Below are positions 29,923 to 38,986 of a DNA stretch of 64,000 bases, piece by piece (the stretch's first letter is position 1; the number at the start of each line of letters is the position of its first letter). Source of the DNA: an uncultured Gemmatimonadales bacterium (lineage in GTDB: Bacteria > Gemmatimonadota > Gemmatimonadetes > Longimicrobiales > Gaopeijiaceae); NCBI GenBank assembly GCA_963809895.1, contig CAWELD010000003.1:3040001-3104000 (forward strand), written 5' to 3'. The notes below the pieces were generated by a model. That model was not told the origin of the DNA. It saw only the letters and a program-made list of their open reading frames with translations, and did no database searches. The translations under genes were made by a program, and so were the position numbers.

Positions 29923-32022
29923 TCAGCCGAGAACCGCCCGGCCCACCTCCACGACGATGAGGAATCCCCCCGCGGTCAGCAGAGCCCGATTCAAGCCCAT
30001 GCCGAAGGACTTCTGGCGATGGTAAGCCGCCAACCACGTCATGAGGGCCAGCATGGCCCAGGGGACGGGGAAGAGGATGAAGACCACGGCGTTGAGCCCC
30101 CAGAGCGCCCAGCGCCCACCGGGGATCACGTCGAGAATGCCGGGCCGTCCCGCCGTCGTACGGCAATCGAGATGAAGCTGCGCGATCGGGCTCTCGGGCT
30201 CCGTCGAGCTCCGTGCCCCGCAGTCCGGGCAGCGATGAGTCACCCGCGCCCCATCCGATGCCCCGGCCTCCTCCACCAGGGACTCCAGGCGCACGCTGCC
30301 ACATCGAGGGCAGGCCCTGCGGAACAGGAGCTTCCGTACGATCCACGCCCCCGCGAGGAACAAGGGCACCAGCAGGACCAGGGCGGCGCGTTGCTCCCCC
30401 ACCGGGAATCCGAAGAACGCTCCGGGCTGCCAGACGCCCAGACTGGAGAGGAGCTCGGTGTTGTCCTGACGGATCGCCAGTGCCAGTAGCGCCGCGAGAG
30501 GGAGGATCGGAAAGAGCAGAGCAGGGGTGGCGTTCGACGAGCTGGCCCCCACCCTGGAGCCGCCCGTCGAGTAGACCGCTGGGTAGTTGCTCCGGAGCCA
30601 CTCGGCCTCTCCCAGCAGCGCCTCTCCACACCGCCGGATGTGCTGCTTGTCCCGAGCCTCCAGGCGGTCGCCCATGGTCGCCGCGAAGTACATGCAGTCG
30701 ATCAGCTTCCGGACAACGCCCTCGTCGAATCTCTGGAAGAAGTCCAGTGACAGCGACTTGCCCAACTCCGGATAACGCGAAGGAATGTCCTGGAAGTCCG
30801 GGTCATCGAGAAGACGCTCGTGGATGTCCAGGCTGAAGAGCTCTCCTTCCAACGCCTCCATGAGGTGGTGGTAGTGCTCCTGAGCCCGCTCCTGGTCGTC
30901 GTATTCCCGCTTGTGCGAGAGGATGGGGTGCAACAGCAGGATGACGGACGCGGTGTATTGCTCATGAGGCGTGAGCCCTTCCAAACGACCCAGGATCTCG
31001 TCCCAGGCTTCTTCCGGCACCTCGGGAAAGTTCTCCCGGTGCACCGAATAGCGGTGATTGACGGCGAACTCGAAGCGCTCTTCCGCCCGGTCCGGATCGG
31101 TGAGGACGACCGTCTGACCCGCGACCTTCGTGAACGGTACCGGTGCGAGGGCGAAGTAGCCGATCCCGAAATCGTCCGGCACGCGAACGCGGAATCGGGT
31201 CTCGAACTCCACCTGGGAGCGGCCCTCGACATCCTGGGCGTCGTTGTGGAGGACGTCACCCTCGAAGGTCACCGAGTCGGGCTCTACCACGACCGCCATC
31301 TCGAACGGCGCCGGCATGGGGATAGCGTGCTCGTTTTCGAGCAGCACGCGCGTGATGGTGAACTCGCTGCCCTCGGTGAAGAGGCCGTTCCGCCGACTCC
31401 CGTCGTCCTCGACGGTGATGGTCTGGGGATTCAGGCCACAGCCGCGATCCATGTACGGGACGCCGTCGATTTCCGCCAGAACGGTGGTGGAGCCCGCCTG
31501 GCCAGAAGCTCCACTGGAACCGTAGGGGCTCCCCGATCCTCCGTGACCGCCTCTGCCACCGGCCGCGGACAGACGCACCATCGGTAACAGGTGGGGGTTC
31601 TGCGATCGCACCAGAACGGTCCCGCCGTCGCCTCCACGACCACCTCGTCCACCGGCCCCGTCCTTCCCGCTCCGGCCAGGAGGGTCGCCCTGACCGCCGG
31701 CACCGCCTCGGCCTCCATCTCCGCCGTGGCCCCCGTTTCCGCCCGAGACGTCGATGTGGACCGAGCCCGTCACCTGGTAGCGGTGCTCGCCGCTGGTCAG
31801 GAAGAGGCCGTCGTCCTCCTCGAGCAGGTCGAAGCCCACGTCGACCCCATCGGCGGCATCGGTCCCGTTCCCGGCGTCCCCACCGGGAGTGCCGTCACCG
31901 CCCCTCTCCTGCTCGTCCCGGCCCGTGTGCGGGTTGTGACGTCTGCGCCCGGCCGATCCTGTTTGCCCGCCCCTTCCGTCACCGCCTCGGCGACCGTCTC
32001 GGCCTCGAAAGTCCAGATCCAT
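29923..32022 (-). CDS. Hypothetical protein: glycine-rich N-terminus, globular middle, TM helices and CxxC...CxxC zinc ribbon
   Basis: 699 aa ORF with GGAGGGG RBS; GGxGGx repeats; CPRCGS and CPDCGA between hydrophobic segments. Confidence 0.75.
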   Translation of the reverse strand: MDLDFRGRDGRRGGDGRGGQTGSAGRRRHNPHTGRDEQERGGDGTPGGDAGNGTDAADGVDVGFDLLEEDDGLFLTSGEHRYQVTGSVHIDVSGGNGGHGGDGGRGGAGGQGDPPGRSGKDGAGGRGGRGGDGGTVLVRSQNPHLLPMVRLSAAGGRGGHGGSGSPYGSSGASGQAGSTTVLAEIDGVPYMDRGCGLNPQTITVEDDGSRRNGLFTEGSEFTITRVLLENEHAIPMPAPFEMAVVVEPDSVTFEGDVLHNDAQDVEGRSQVEFETRFRVRVPDDFGIGYFALAPVPFTKVAGQTVVLTDPDRAEERFEFAVNHRYSVHRENFPEVPEEAWDEILGRLEGLTPHEQYTASVILLLHPILSHKREYDDQERAQEHYHHLMEALEGELFSLDIHERLLDDPDFQDIPSRYPELGKSLSLDFFQRFDEGVVRKLIDCMYFAATMGDRLEARDKQHIRRCGEALLGEAEWLRSNYPAVYSTGGSRVGASSSNATPALLFPILPLAALLALAIRQDNTELLSSLGVWQPGAFFGFPVGEQRAALVLLVPLFLAGAWIVRKLLFRRACPRCGSVRLESLVEEAGASDGARVTHRCPDCGARSSTEPESPIAQLHLDCRTTAGRPGILDVIPGGRWALWGLNAVVFILFPVPWAMLALMTWLAAYHRQKSFGMGLNRALLTAGGFLIVVEVGRAVLG

Positions 32023-32189
32023 CGAACCCCTCCAAACGCGTGTTGAGCTTCTGGACCGGAGTGCGGTCCACGCGGGAGGGGTTTTGCCGTTCGTGGCGGA
32101 TCATAGGATCACTCGCGGCGGCAGACAACTCGACGCTTCGCGGCGGCGGGCAGCCGAGGTGCGCCCCCCTGGCACGGGCTGCTAGACCG

Positions 32190-32516
32190 TCAGGCTTCGT
32201 CCAGCGCCGGGTCCAGACCGTCGAAGTAGCCGAGGAGGATGTCCCGGGCCTCGCGCACGGCGACGCGCCCCTCTTCGGTGACCATGAGGCGGCGCATCGG
32301 GTGGCCTCCTCGATCGGGCGTCGCGCTTGGCTCGAGCTCCCAGGCCAGATAGCCCTTGCCGGTGAGGCGGTCGATGGTGCGGTAGAGCGCACCCCGGGTC
32401 ACCGAGCGACCTGCGTTTTGCTCCAGATCCTCGCGGACCTGGTTCGCATACGGCGCGTCGGCCTGCCTGAGGATCGACAGGAGTACCAGGAGCTCGAACT
32501 CTCCGAGCTTCGACAT
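32190..32516 (-). CDS. PadR family transcriptional regulator
   Basis: LGEFELLVLL, GALYRTIDRL..KGY, RGGHPMRRLMVTEEG. Confidence 0.85.
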   Translation of the reverse strand: MSKLGEFELLVLLSILRQADAPYANQVREDLEQNAGRSVTRGALYRTIDRLTGKGYLAWELEPSATPDRGGHPMRRLMVTEEGRVAVREARDILLGYFDGLDPALDEA

Positions 32517-32673
32517 GGGCGCGTGGGTGGCGAGGGGACGTGTGACCGGCGCGAGCCCCAATAGTCTACTTTTTATGCTACGAAACGACAACAGCGCGTA
32601 TGTCGAGGCGTTGCCGGATGCGCCGGGACCGGACCTTGCCTCTCGCCAGAATCGTCGCAAGCTTGAAGTTCTG

Positions 32674-33099
32674 ATGACCCTCCACGGCAAGACGCGACGC
32701 TTCGCCACCCTGCCAGTCGTGGCATTCCTGTGCCTCGGCCAGCCTGGGCTGCCGTGCGCGGTTCATTGCCTGATCTTCGGCCGCATGGCCTCCGCCATGA
32801 CCTCGGCCGTATCGCCCCAGCCAGCCGCCCGGCCCGGCGCCCGTGGGATGCCCCGGATGGCGCAGGCCGAAGGACGGGATCCGACGTCCGGCCACGGCGG
32901 CGCGCACTCCTTCTGTCACCCCGACGATGCATCGCAGCCCGGAGCGCCCGCGCATCTGCGGCATCGGAACCCGATGACCGTCGCTCCGCACGCGGGGGTC
33001 GACTTCCTCGCCGGCATCTTCGATGCCTCCGCACCCGCCTTCCGAGAGCCATCCGAGGACCTGCCGTCTCCACCTCGGGGTCCCCCACCCCGCGCCTGA
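32674..33099 (+). CDS. Putative leader/arrest peptide (DUF2946-like) with Cys/His residues and C-terminal RGPP
   Basis: Hydrophobic N-terminus, CAVHC, HSFCH, ends PSPPRGPPPRA; 101 nt before a porin gene; start uncertain. Confidence 0.6.
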   Translation: MTLHGKTRRFATLPVVAFLCLGQPGLPCAVHCLIFGRMASAMTSAVSPQPAARPGARGMPRMAQAEGRDPTSGHGGAHSFCHPDDASQPGAPAHLRHRNPMTVAPHAGVDFLAGIFDASAPAFREPSEDLPSPPRGPPPRA

Positions 33100-33200
33100 G
33101 AGCCCTGACGCCGGCGGCCCTTCGCGGCGCCGGTGCATTCCAATTCGATCGATCACACACGATCGGTCGCACGCAACGGAACTGCTCTCACAGGAGTGGT

Positions 33201-34385
33201 ATGTCCATGTCCCAATTCTCGTACGCCCGCCGAGCACACGGGGCGGTAGCGCTCGCGGCTTTACTGGCGCTCGCTTGGCCGCTCCCGACCGCCGCGCAGC
33301 AGGATACGACTCGCACGAGCGAGACCTCCATCGACCTGGGCGAGCTCGGTGGGCAGGAGTTGGAGTCGCTCACCGGAGAGGATGCGTTCCCGCTGCAGAT
33401 CACCGGATTCGGCATCGGCACCTACGACCTCGACGCGCGCACCTCCGAGAACACCTTCGCCGGCAGTAAGCTGGCGGTGGCCCTGTTCCGGGAGATGAGT
33501 GACCAGATCTGGTTCTTCGGCCAACTGACGACGGCATTGCAGGAGCCCGAGTCCCCCGACGAAGAAGTCGCCACCGAGATCGAGATCGACAACCTGATCG
33601 TCAACTTCACGCCGGCCAGCGCGACCAACCTCAGCCTCAGCTTCGGCAAGTTCGACTCGCCCATGGGCTTCGAGCGGGACGACGAGCCGCTCAATCTGCA
33701 GCCGACCGAGAGCTACAACTTCGAATTGGCGCGACCGCCCAAGATGGTGGGGATGATCGGCCGCTGGTCCCCGACGCCTGAAGCCGATGTCGCCGCCTGG
33801 TTCGCCAACGGCTGGGGAGACGCCGTCGACTCGAACCACGGCAAGACCGTCGGGCTGCGGTTGGGCGTGAGGCCGAGCGACATCGCGAGTTTCGGTATGG
33901 CCGGTCTGTGGGGCCCCGAGGGCGAGACGGGCGAAACAAACAACCGATACCTCCTCACCTTCGACTACGCGATCCAACCGACACCCGACTTTCTCGTGGC
34001 CGGCGAAGCGAACTACGGCGGTGACCGGGGCGTGATGGACGACGGCGGCGATGCCCGCTGGTACGGGGGCCTCCTGACGCTGTTCGGGCGACTCGACCGC
34101 AACTTCGGCGTCACGCTGCGTGGGGAGACGTTCCGGGACGAGGACGGGGCGCGCACCGGGGATCCCCAGACGCTCCAGTCAGTCACCTTCACGCCGGTCT
34201 ACTTCGTGGGCACCGGGCGCGAGGGGATCTTCGCGAACGTGGAGCATACGACGCTCCGGATCCCGCGCTTCCAGCTACGGGGCGGCATCCGTTACGACCA
34301 CTCGAGCATCGACGCCTTCGAGAGCGATGCCGGGGAGTCCAACTGGAGCCTTCGGTGGGTCGCCGAGCTGGTGGCGACGTTCTGA
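33201..34385 (+). CDS. Outer-membrane beta-barrel protein (putative porin)
   Basis: Signal peptide ending AAQ, GKFDSPMGFE, NGWGDAVDSNHGKT, alternating strands, C-terminal F; CAGGAG RBS. Confidence 0.8.
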   Translation: MSMSQFSYARRAHGAVALAALLALAWPLPTAAQQDTTRTSETSIDLGELGGQELESLTGEDAFPLQITGFGIGTYDLDARTSENTFAGSKLAVALFREMSDQIWFFGQLTTALQEPESPDEEVATEIEIDNLIVNFTPASATNLSLSFGKFDSPMGFERDDEPLNLQPTESYNFELARPPKMVGMIGRWSPTPEADVAAWFANGWGDAVDSNHGKTVGLRLGVRPSDIASFGMAGLWGPEGETGETNNRYLLTFDYAIQPTPDFLVAGEANYGGDRGVMDDGGDARWYGGLLTLFGRLDRNFGVTLRGETFRDEDGARTGDPQTLQSVTFTPVYFVGTGREGIFANVEHTTLRIPRFQLRGGIRYDHSSIDAFESDAGESNWSLRWVAELVATF

Positions 34386-34402
34386 GGCCCGGAGGAAACG
34401 AT

Positions 34403-34963
34403 ATGAAGGGCCTCTATGACCTGGCCGACATGAACCGCACGGTCAAGCTGTCGGCGATCCTCTTCCTGATGGTAGTCGGATACGCCTACATCTTCGCCTT
34501 CTTCATGGTGAAGCAGTATTCCGGCCTCACGCCCGACGACGTCGCGGCGACCTACGTGCCCGTCACCGTCGATACGACGGAGCTGCCGGAGCAGTCCACC
34601 AGCCAGGAGCAACCGCTCGACCTGGGTGAGATGCACGAGATGAAACACACGATCGACACCCAGCTTCTGATCCAGGACAGCCACATCCACATCATGATGT
34701 TCGCGATGATGGCGGCCCTGGAGACGCTCATCATTCTGGGGCTCGGCTGGCCGGCGTGGATTCGCGACCTGGTGGTCCTCGGAGCGTTCGGCTCGGGCGC
34801 GCTCGACTTCAGCGGGCAGTGGCTGATGAAGGCCGGGATCGGGGGCTTCGCGTGGCTGACCATCGCGTCGGGCTGGACCATGGCGATCGTCTACGTGCTC
34901 GTCCTCGGACGAACGCTCCAGGTCGTATTCCGCCGGGGGCCGGCCCCTGACCCGGAACCCTGA
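34403..34963 (+). CDS. Hypothetical four-TM membrane protein with HxH and Met-rich motif
   Basis: SGLTPDDVAATY, EMHEMKH, DSHIHIMMFAMM; GGAGG RBS. Confidence 0.75.
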   Translation: MKGLYDLADMNRTVKLSAILFLMVVGYAYIFAFFMVKQYSGLTPDDVAATYVPVTVDTTELPEQSTSQEQPLDLGEMHEMKHTIDTQLLIQDSHIHIMMFAMMAALETLIILGLGWPAWIRDLVVLGAFGSGALDFSGQWLMKAGIGGFAWLTIASGWTMAIVYVLVLGRTLQVVFRRGPAPDPEP

Positions 34964-35016
34964 TTCGCGAACCGCATAGGAGACCCCCCGAGAGGGGAAG
35001 GACCACGGAGGATACC

Positions 35017-35631
35017 ATGAGAGACGCAAAGCGCTGGACGTTGAAGAAGCTCTGCCTGCCGGTGATCCTGACTTCGGCTGCCACGGCCATCGCCATTCTG
35101 GGCGGGGCCACCCACATCACGCCCACGGTCGTGCTCCAGAAGCAGGCCGACGTGATCCGGGCGAGCCTACCCGCCGATCGGTACTCCCTCAAGACCGTGG
35201 AGGTCGGCAAGGAGGACGTGAAGCGTATCGAGGATGTCGGCGGCTTCAAGCTGAAGGAGCCGAAGGTGAAGTTCTACGTGGGCAGAGACGCCGGCGGTCA
35301 GGTGCTCGGCGTGGTGCTGTTCCCCCAGGTGAACACGCGCCACGGTCCCTTGGAGGTCGGACTGACCCTGGCCCCCGACGGCGAACTGACGAAGGTCGCC
35401 GTGACCAAGGCTACCGTAGAGACGAAGCCGTGGATCCAGAAGGCGATCGAGACCGGCTTCCTGAGCGAGTTCGAGGGCGCGCCGGCCGCCGATGGGTCCT
35501 CCCGCGCCCTGGCCAGGCTCCAGGGTGCCCACCTGGGCCGGCTGCCCGAGTGGATGGGGAAGATCGCGGTCCAGGCCGTAGATCAGGGCAACGTGCTGTA
35601 TCGCACGCTGTACGCGGCCGTGGCCCAGTAG
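35017..35631 (+). CDS. Exported protein resembling FMN-binding domain proteins
   Basis: N-terminal hydrophobic segment; LGVVLF...HGPLEVGLTLAPDGELTKVAV...FLSEFEG pattern; no SGAT motif. Confidence 0.6.
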   Translation: MRDAKRWTLKKLCLPVILTSAATAIAILGGATHITPTVVLQKQADVIRASLPADRYSLKTVEVGKEDVKRIEDVGGFKLKEPKVKFYVGRDAGGQVLGVVLFPQVNTRHGPLEVGLTLAPDGELTKVAVTKATVETKPWIQKAIETGFLSEFEGAPAADGSSRALARLQGAHLGRLPEWMGKIAVQAVDQGNVLYRTLYAAVAQ

Positions 35632-35676
35632 GTAGTGCGGCCCCCCGACGGGGCAGAAGAGCGCCTTGTGGTGGCC

Positions 35677-38382
35677 TCAGCCCTCGGCCCTCAACGCCTC
35701 GTTGGGGTCTACACGTAGCGCACGCAGCGTGGGGCCGGTGCAGGCGGTGAGCCCGACCATCACCAGCAGGCCGACGCACGCTGCCAGCACGCGTGCAGCC
35801 CAGGCGTATCGTGCCGCGTCGCCGGTGGAAAAGAACTCCACGGTCAGTGGGAGGCAGCCCAGCAGCACGCCCAGCATCAGCTGGCCCACCGCCCTCCTGA
35901 CCACCGCGCCGACGATCTCGGGCCGCCCGGCGCCCAGGGCCACTCGGATCCCGATCTCGGTGGTCCGCTGCGCCACTGCCGACGACATGATGGCGTAGAT
36001 GCCCGAAGCAGCCAGGGCCAGGAGCACGCCTACGAGTAGCCCGGCGCCCACGCCCGCAGCCAGGATGAGATACCAGTCGCCTTCGTACACCCCATCCAGC
36101 GGACCCACCACCGACACGATCATCGCCGGATCCACCTGCCCCGCGAGCTCCCTCAACCGGGGAGAGAACGAGGCTGGATCGCCACCCACATGAATCCCCA
36201 GGTCGAGGGTCGCCAGGTCGCCGGCTGCCACGGGCACGTACACGCCCTGATCGTTCCGCGGTGACGCGATGCGCATCCCCAGGTGTCCGACCACCCCGAC
36301 GATCTCCTGCCAGGGCCCCGGCTCACCTTCGCCCCAGGGCACGAAGCGAATCCTGCGACCGATGGGGTTCTCGCCGCCCAGAACGTGCTCCACGAAGGTG
36401 GTGTTCACGATCACGACGTCATGGCCCGCTTCGACGTCCGCGACCTCGAAGTCGCGCCCGGCCACCACCGGCCGGTCCAGCGCCTGGAAGTAGTCCACGG
36501 CGACGCGGGCGACCCGGCTCGACACCCCTCGCCGGTCGTCGGGCGACGCCACGTCCTCGGCCTCCACGCGGGAGGTGTGGTGGTCCATCCTCGGCAGCGC
36601 ATCGGCCACCGCGACGCCCCGCACCTCCGGCGCTTCGCGAAGTCGCCGGAGCAGCTCCTCCTGCGCGCCGGCCATGCGCTCTCGCCGGTCGCGGGCGCTC
36701 CCCACACTCGGGGCCTCGCCGATGCCCGACGAGAGGCGGACCGTCGCCGCCAGATACTCGCCCGCGGGGATGCCCACGGAGTCCTCTGCGGTGCCGGCAC
36801 GGCGGAGTTGGTCCACGGCGGTCATGGCCAAGGCCACGGCTATCACCGACACGGCCACGTCCGCCACGATGAGAATCCCCGACAGCCCTCCGAATCGGAC
36901 GCCGGTCCGGCGCGTCCGGGCCCGTCGGATGTTGGACTGTACCGAGCGACCGGTGAAGCGCAGCGCCGGCACGACCCCGGCCACCGCCGCGCTCACCCCG
37001 GCCAGCGCCAGCGCATGCAGCGCGGTCGCCGGGCGTACGTCCAGGTCGATCCAATAGGGTGCGGCCGCGGCCCATGTGGCCGGCATCAGGCGCCACATCG
37101 CCTCGACGATCCCCTGCATCAACAGGAGCCCTGCAGCCGCGGCCACGAGGGCCAGTACCAGACACTCGACGAACACCTGCGCCACGATACGCGTGCGGCT
37201 CGCGCCCAGAGCGGTGCGCACGGCGAGCTCGTCGGCGCGGGCGGAGGTGCGCGCGAACACCAGCATGCCGACGTTGGCGCACGCCACCAGGAGCACCAGC
37301 CATGCGAGCCCCTGGAATCCCAGGAACTCGGGGGTCGTGCGCAGGCTCCCGTTCAGACCACCCGCCACCATGAGGGCGAAGGGCTCCACCTGGTACCTCA
37401 GTCTGAAGTCGGGCCCTGGAGCGGCGGAGCGCGATGCCACCAGCGTGAACTCAGCGTCGGCCTGCGCCTGGGCCACATCAGGGCGGAGTTTCCCGAAGAT
37501 CCGCACCGGCGCCACGGATTCCGGTCCACCCCCGGTGACGGCGCGCAGCGGCGTCCACAGGTTCTCGTGCTTCGGAAACAGGAAGCCCTGGGGCATCACC
37601 CCGACCACCGTATGCGGCTCTCCTCCCAGGCGGACGACCCGCCCGACGATGTCCCGGTCGCCCCCGAAACGGCTCTGCCACACGTCGTAGCCCAGCACGG
37701 CGACCTGCTCCGCTCCAGGCGCCTGGTCGGCGGATTGGAAGGTCCGCCCCAGCAGCGGGCTCACGCCCAGGATAGCGAAGCTCGAGGCCGTGACCTCGGC
37801 GCCGCGCACGACCTCCACGCCTTCGCCGGACCCCAGGTTGTAGCGGGTCTCGCGGAAGGCACCGAGCTCCTCGAACGACGTGAGGGAGCCCTTCCACGCC
37901 TCGAAATCCCGAGTCGTAGTGTGCATCACCTGGCCCAGCCCCCGGCTCCACACCTTGAGCCAACGGATCTGCGCCCCCTCCGGAACGGGGAGCGGCGCGG
38001 TGAGCCCATCCACGAAGTGGCCCGGAGCCAGCCCCACCGGGATCCCCACGGCCAGCGCGAAGGTCGACACCAGGGTGAGTCCCGGGTGCTTCACGAGCAT
38101 GCGGGCGCCCAGCTTCACATCGAGCCAGGAAAAGAGGCGGGCCGGGCCAATCGACCTGTCGGCCGCTGCGCCCGGCTTCCGGGAAAAGCGCTCGCGGACG
38201 CCGGCGGCCGTCAGGTTGACGGTCGTCCGCACGAGGAACGCCGCCAGCGCCAGCCAACCCCGGCCACGCCGTTCGGTCCACGCTCGCGCAAACGTCTCGC
38301 GCATGCCGTCGCCGTGTCGCTCGCGGAATGGGGCCGGAAACAGCCGCAGCAACAGGTCGAACCAGCGCTCGGCCAGCCTCAC
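35677..38382 (-). CDS. Duplicated orphan ABC permease (ADOP, MacB/FtsX-like)
   Basis: LDVKLGARMLVKHPG, ACANVGMLVFAR, ELAVRTALGASR, QRTTEIGIRVALGA, PTLRALRVDP. Confidence 0.9.
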   Translation of the reverse strand: MRLAERWFDLLLRLFPAPFRERHGDGMRETFARAWTERRGRGWLALAAFLVRTTVNLTAAGVRERFSRKPGAAADRSIGPARLFSWLDVKLGARMLVKHPGLTLVSTFALAVGIPVGLAPGHFVDGLTAPLPVPEGAQIRWLKVWSRGLGQVMHTTTRDFEAWKGSLTSFEELGAFRETRYNLGSGEGVEVVRGAEVTASSFAILGVSPLLGRTFQSADQAPGAEQVAVLGYDVWQSRFGGDRDIVGRVVRLGGEPHTVVGVMPQGFLFPKHENLWTPLRAVTGGGPESVAPVRIFGKLRPDVAQAQADAEFTLVASRSAAPGPDFRLRYQVEPFALMVAGGLNGSLRTTPEFLGFQGLAWLVLLVACANVGMLVFARTSARADELAVRTALGASRTRIVAQVFVECLVLALVAAAAGLLLMQGIVEAMWRLMPATWAAAAPYWIDLDVRPATALHALALAGVSAAVAGVVPALRFTGRSVQSNIRRARTRRTGVRFGGLSGILIVADVAVSVIAVALAMTAVDQLRRAGTAEDSVGIPAGEYLAATVRLSSGIGEAPSVGSARDRRERMAGAQEELLRRLREAPEVRGVAVADALPRMDHHTSRVEAEDVASPDDRRGVSSRVARVAVDYFQALDRPVVAGRDFEVADVEAGHDVVIVNTTFVEHVLGGENPIGRRIRFVPWGEGEPGPWQEIVGVVGHLGMRIASPRNDQGVYVPVAAGDLATLDLGIHVGGDPASFSPRLRELAGQVDPAMIVSVVGPLDGVYEGDWYLILAAGVGAGLLVGVLLALAASGIYAIMSSAVAQRTTEIGIRVALGAGRPEIVGAVVRRAVGQLMLGVLLGCLPLTVEFFSTGDAARYAWAARVLAACVGLLVMVGLTACTGPTLRALRVDPNEALRAEG

Positions 38383-38735
38383 CGGGACTGCTCCGGCAGC
38401 AAGCGCCGCTCCCGGGCGAGGGCGAGGGCGTCCTGGAGACGAGCGGCTTCCGCTCGTAACGCCTCGCGTCCCTCGGCGGTCAGGCCGTAGTAACGCCGCG
38501 GGCGTCCTCGCGTGTCGGCGGGCGCGTCGCCCGGCGCCTCGACCTCTTCGACGAGGCCTTCGTCCAGCAGGCGGTCCAGGACGCGGTAGAGAGAGCCGAT
38601 CTCGGCCGACACCTTACCGGCGGAGTCGCGCTCTACGGCCTTCATGATGCCGTACCCGTGCAGGGGATCTTGCGACAGCGCCATGAGGACGTGCCAGTCG
38701 CGCGCGCTCAGGGGAAGGACGTCGGGGTCGGCCAT
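38379..38735 (-). CDS. PadR family transcriptional regulator
   Basis: LHGYGIMK, GSLYRVLDRL, RRYYGLTAEG; overlaps permease start. Confidence 0.92.
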   Translation of the reverse strand: MADPDVLPLSARDWHVLMALSQDPLHGYGIMKAVERDSAGKVSAEIGSLYRVLDRLLDEGLVEEVEAPGDAPADTRGRPRRYYGLTAEGREALRAEAARLQDALALARERRLLPEQSR

Positions 38736-38749
38736 GGTCTCGCTCCGTT

Positions 38750-38787
38750 CATATCAGCGTTGTACATATATGTATCGTGCTGATATG
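38750..38787. promoter_or_regulatory. Putative PadR operator
   Basis: CATATCAGC...GCTGATATG inverted repeat around palindrome TACATATATGTA (38763-38774). Confidence 0.7.
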
Positions 38788-38986
38788 TCCGTCAAGGCCG
38801 GGCCACCGCACGGGCGTCCATTCGAGTTGGCGAGTCCGACCACGCTGACGGTCCAGCGCGACACCGGTCGCGTGCGGAAGGGGCGGCGGGATTCTGCCGG
38901 AATTTGTCGTTGCGCGTATACTGAGGGGGGGGGGTAACCTATGGATGTCGTCCCACCAGAGATGATTCAAGCCCCGACGGATTCTC

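Noticed and set aside
29804..30631. N-terminal extension of the tricorn ORF to 1302 aa
   Set aside because: Overlaps the upstream gene in another frame; a signal peptide starts at ATG 29803
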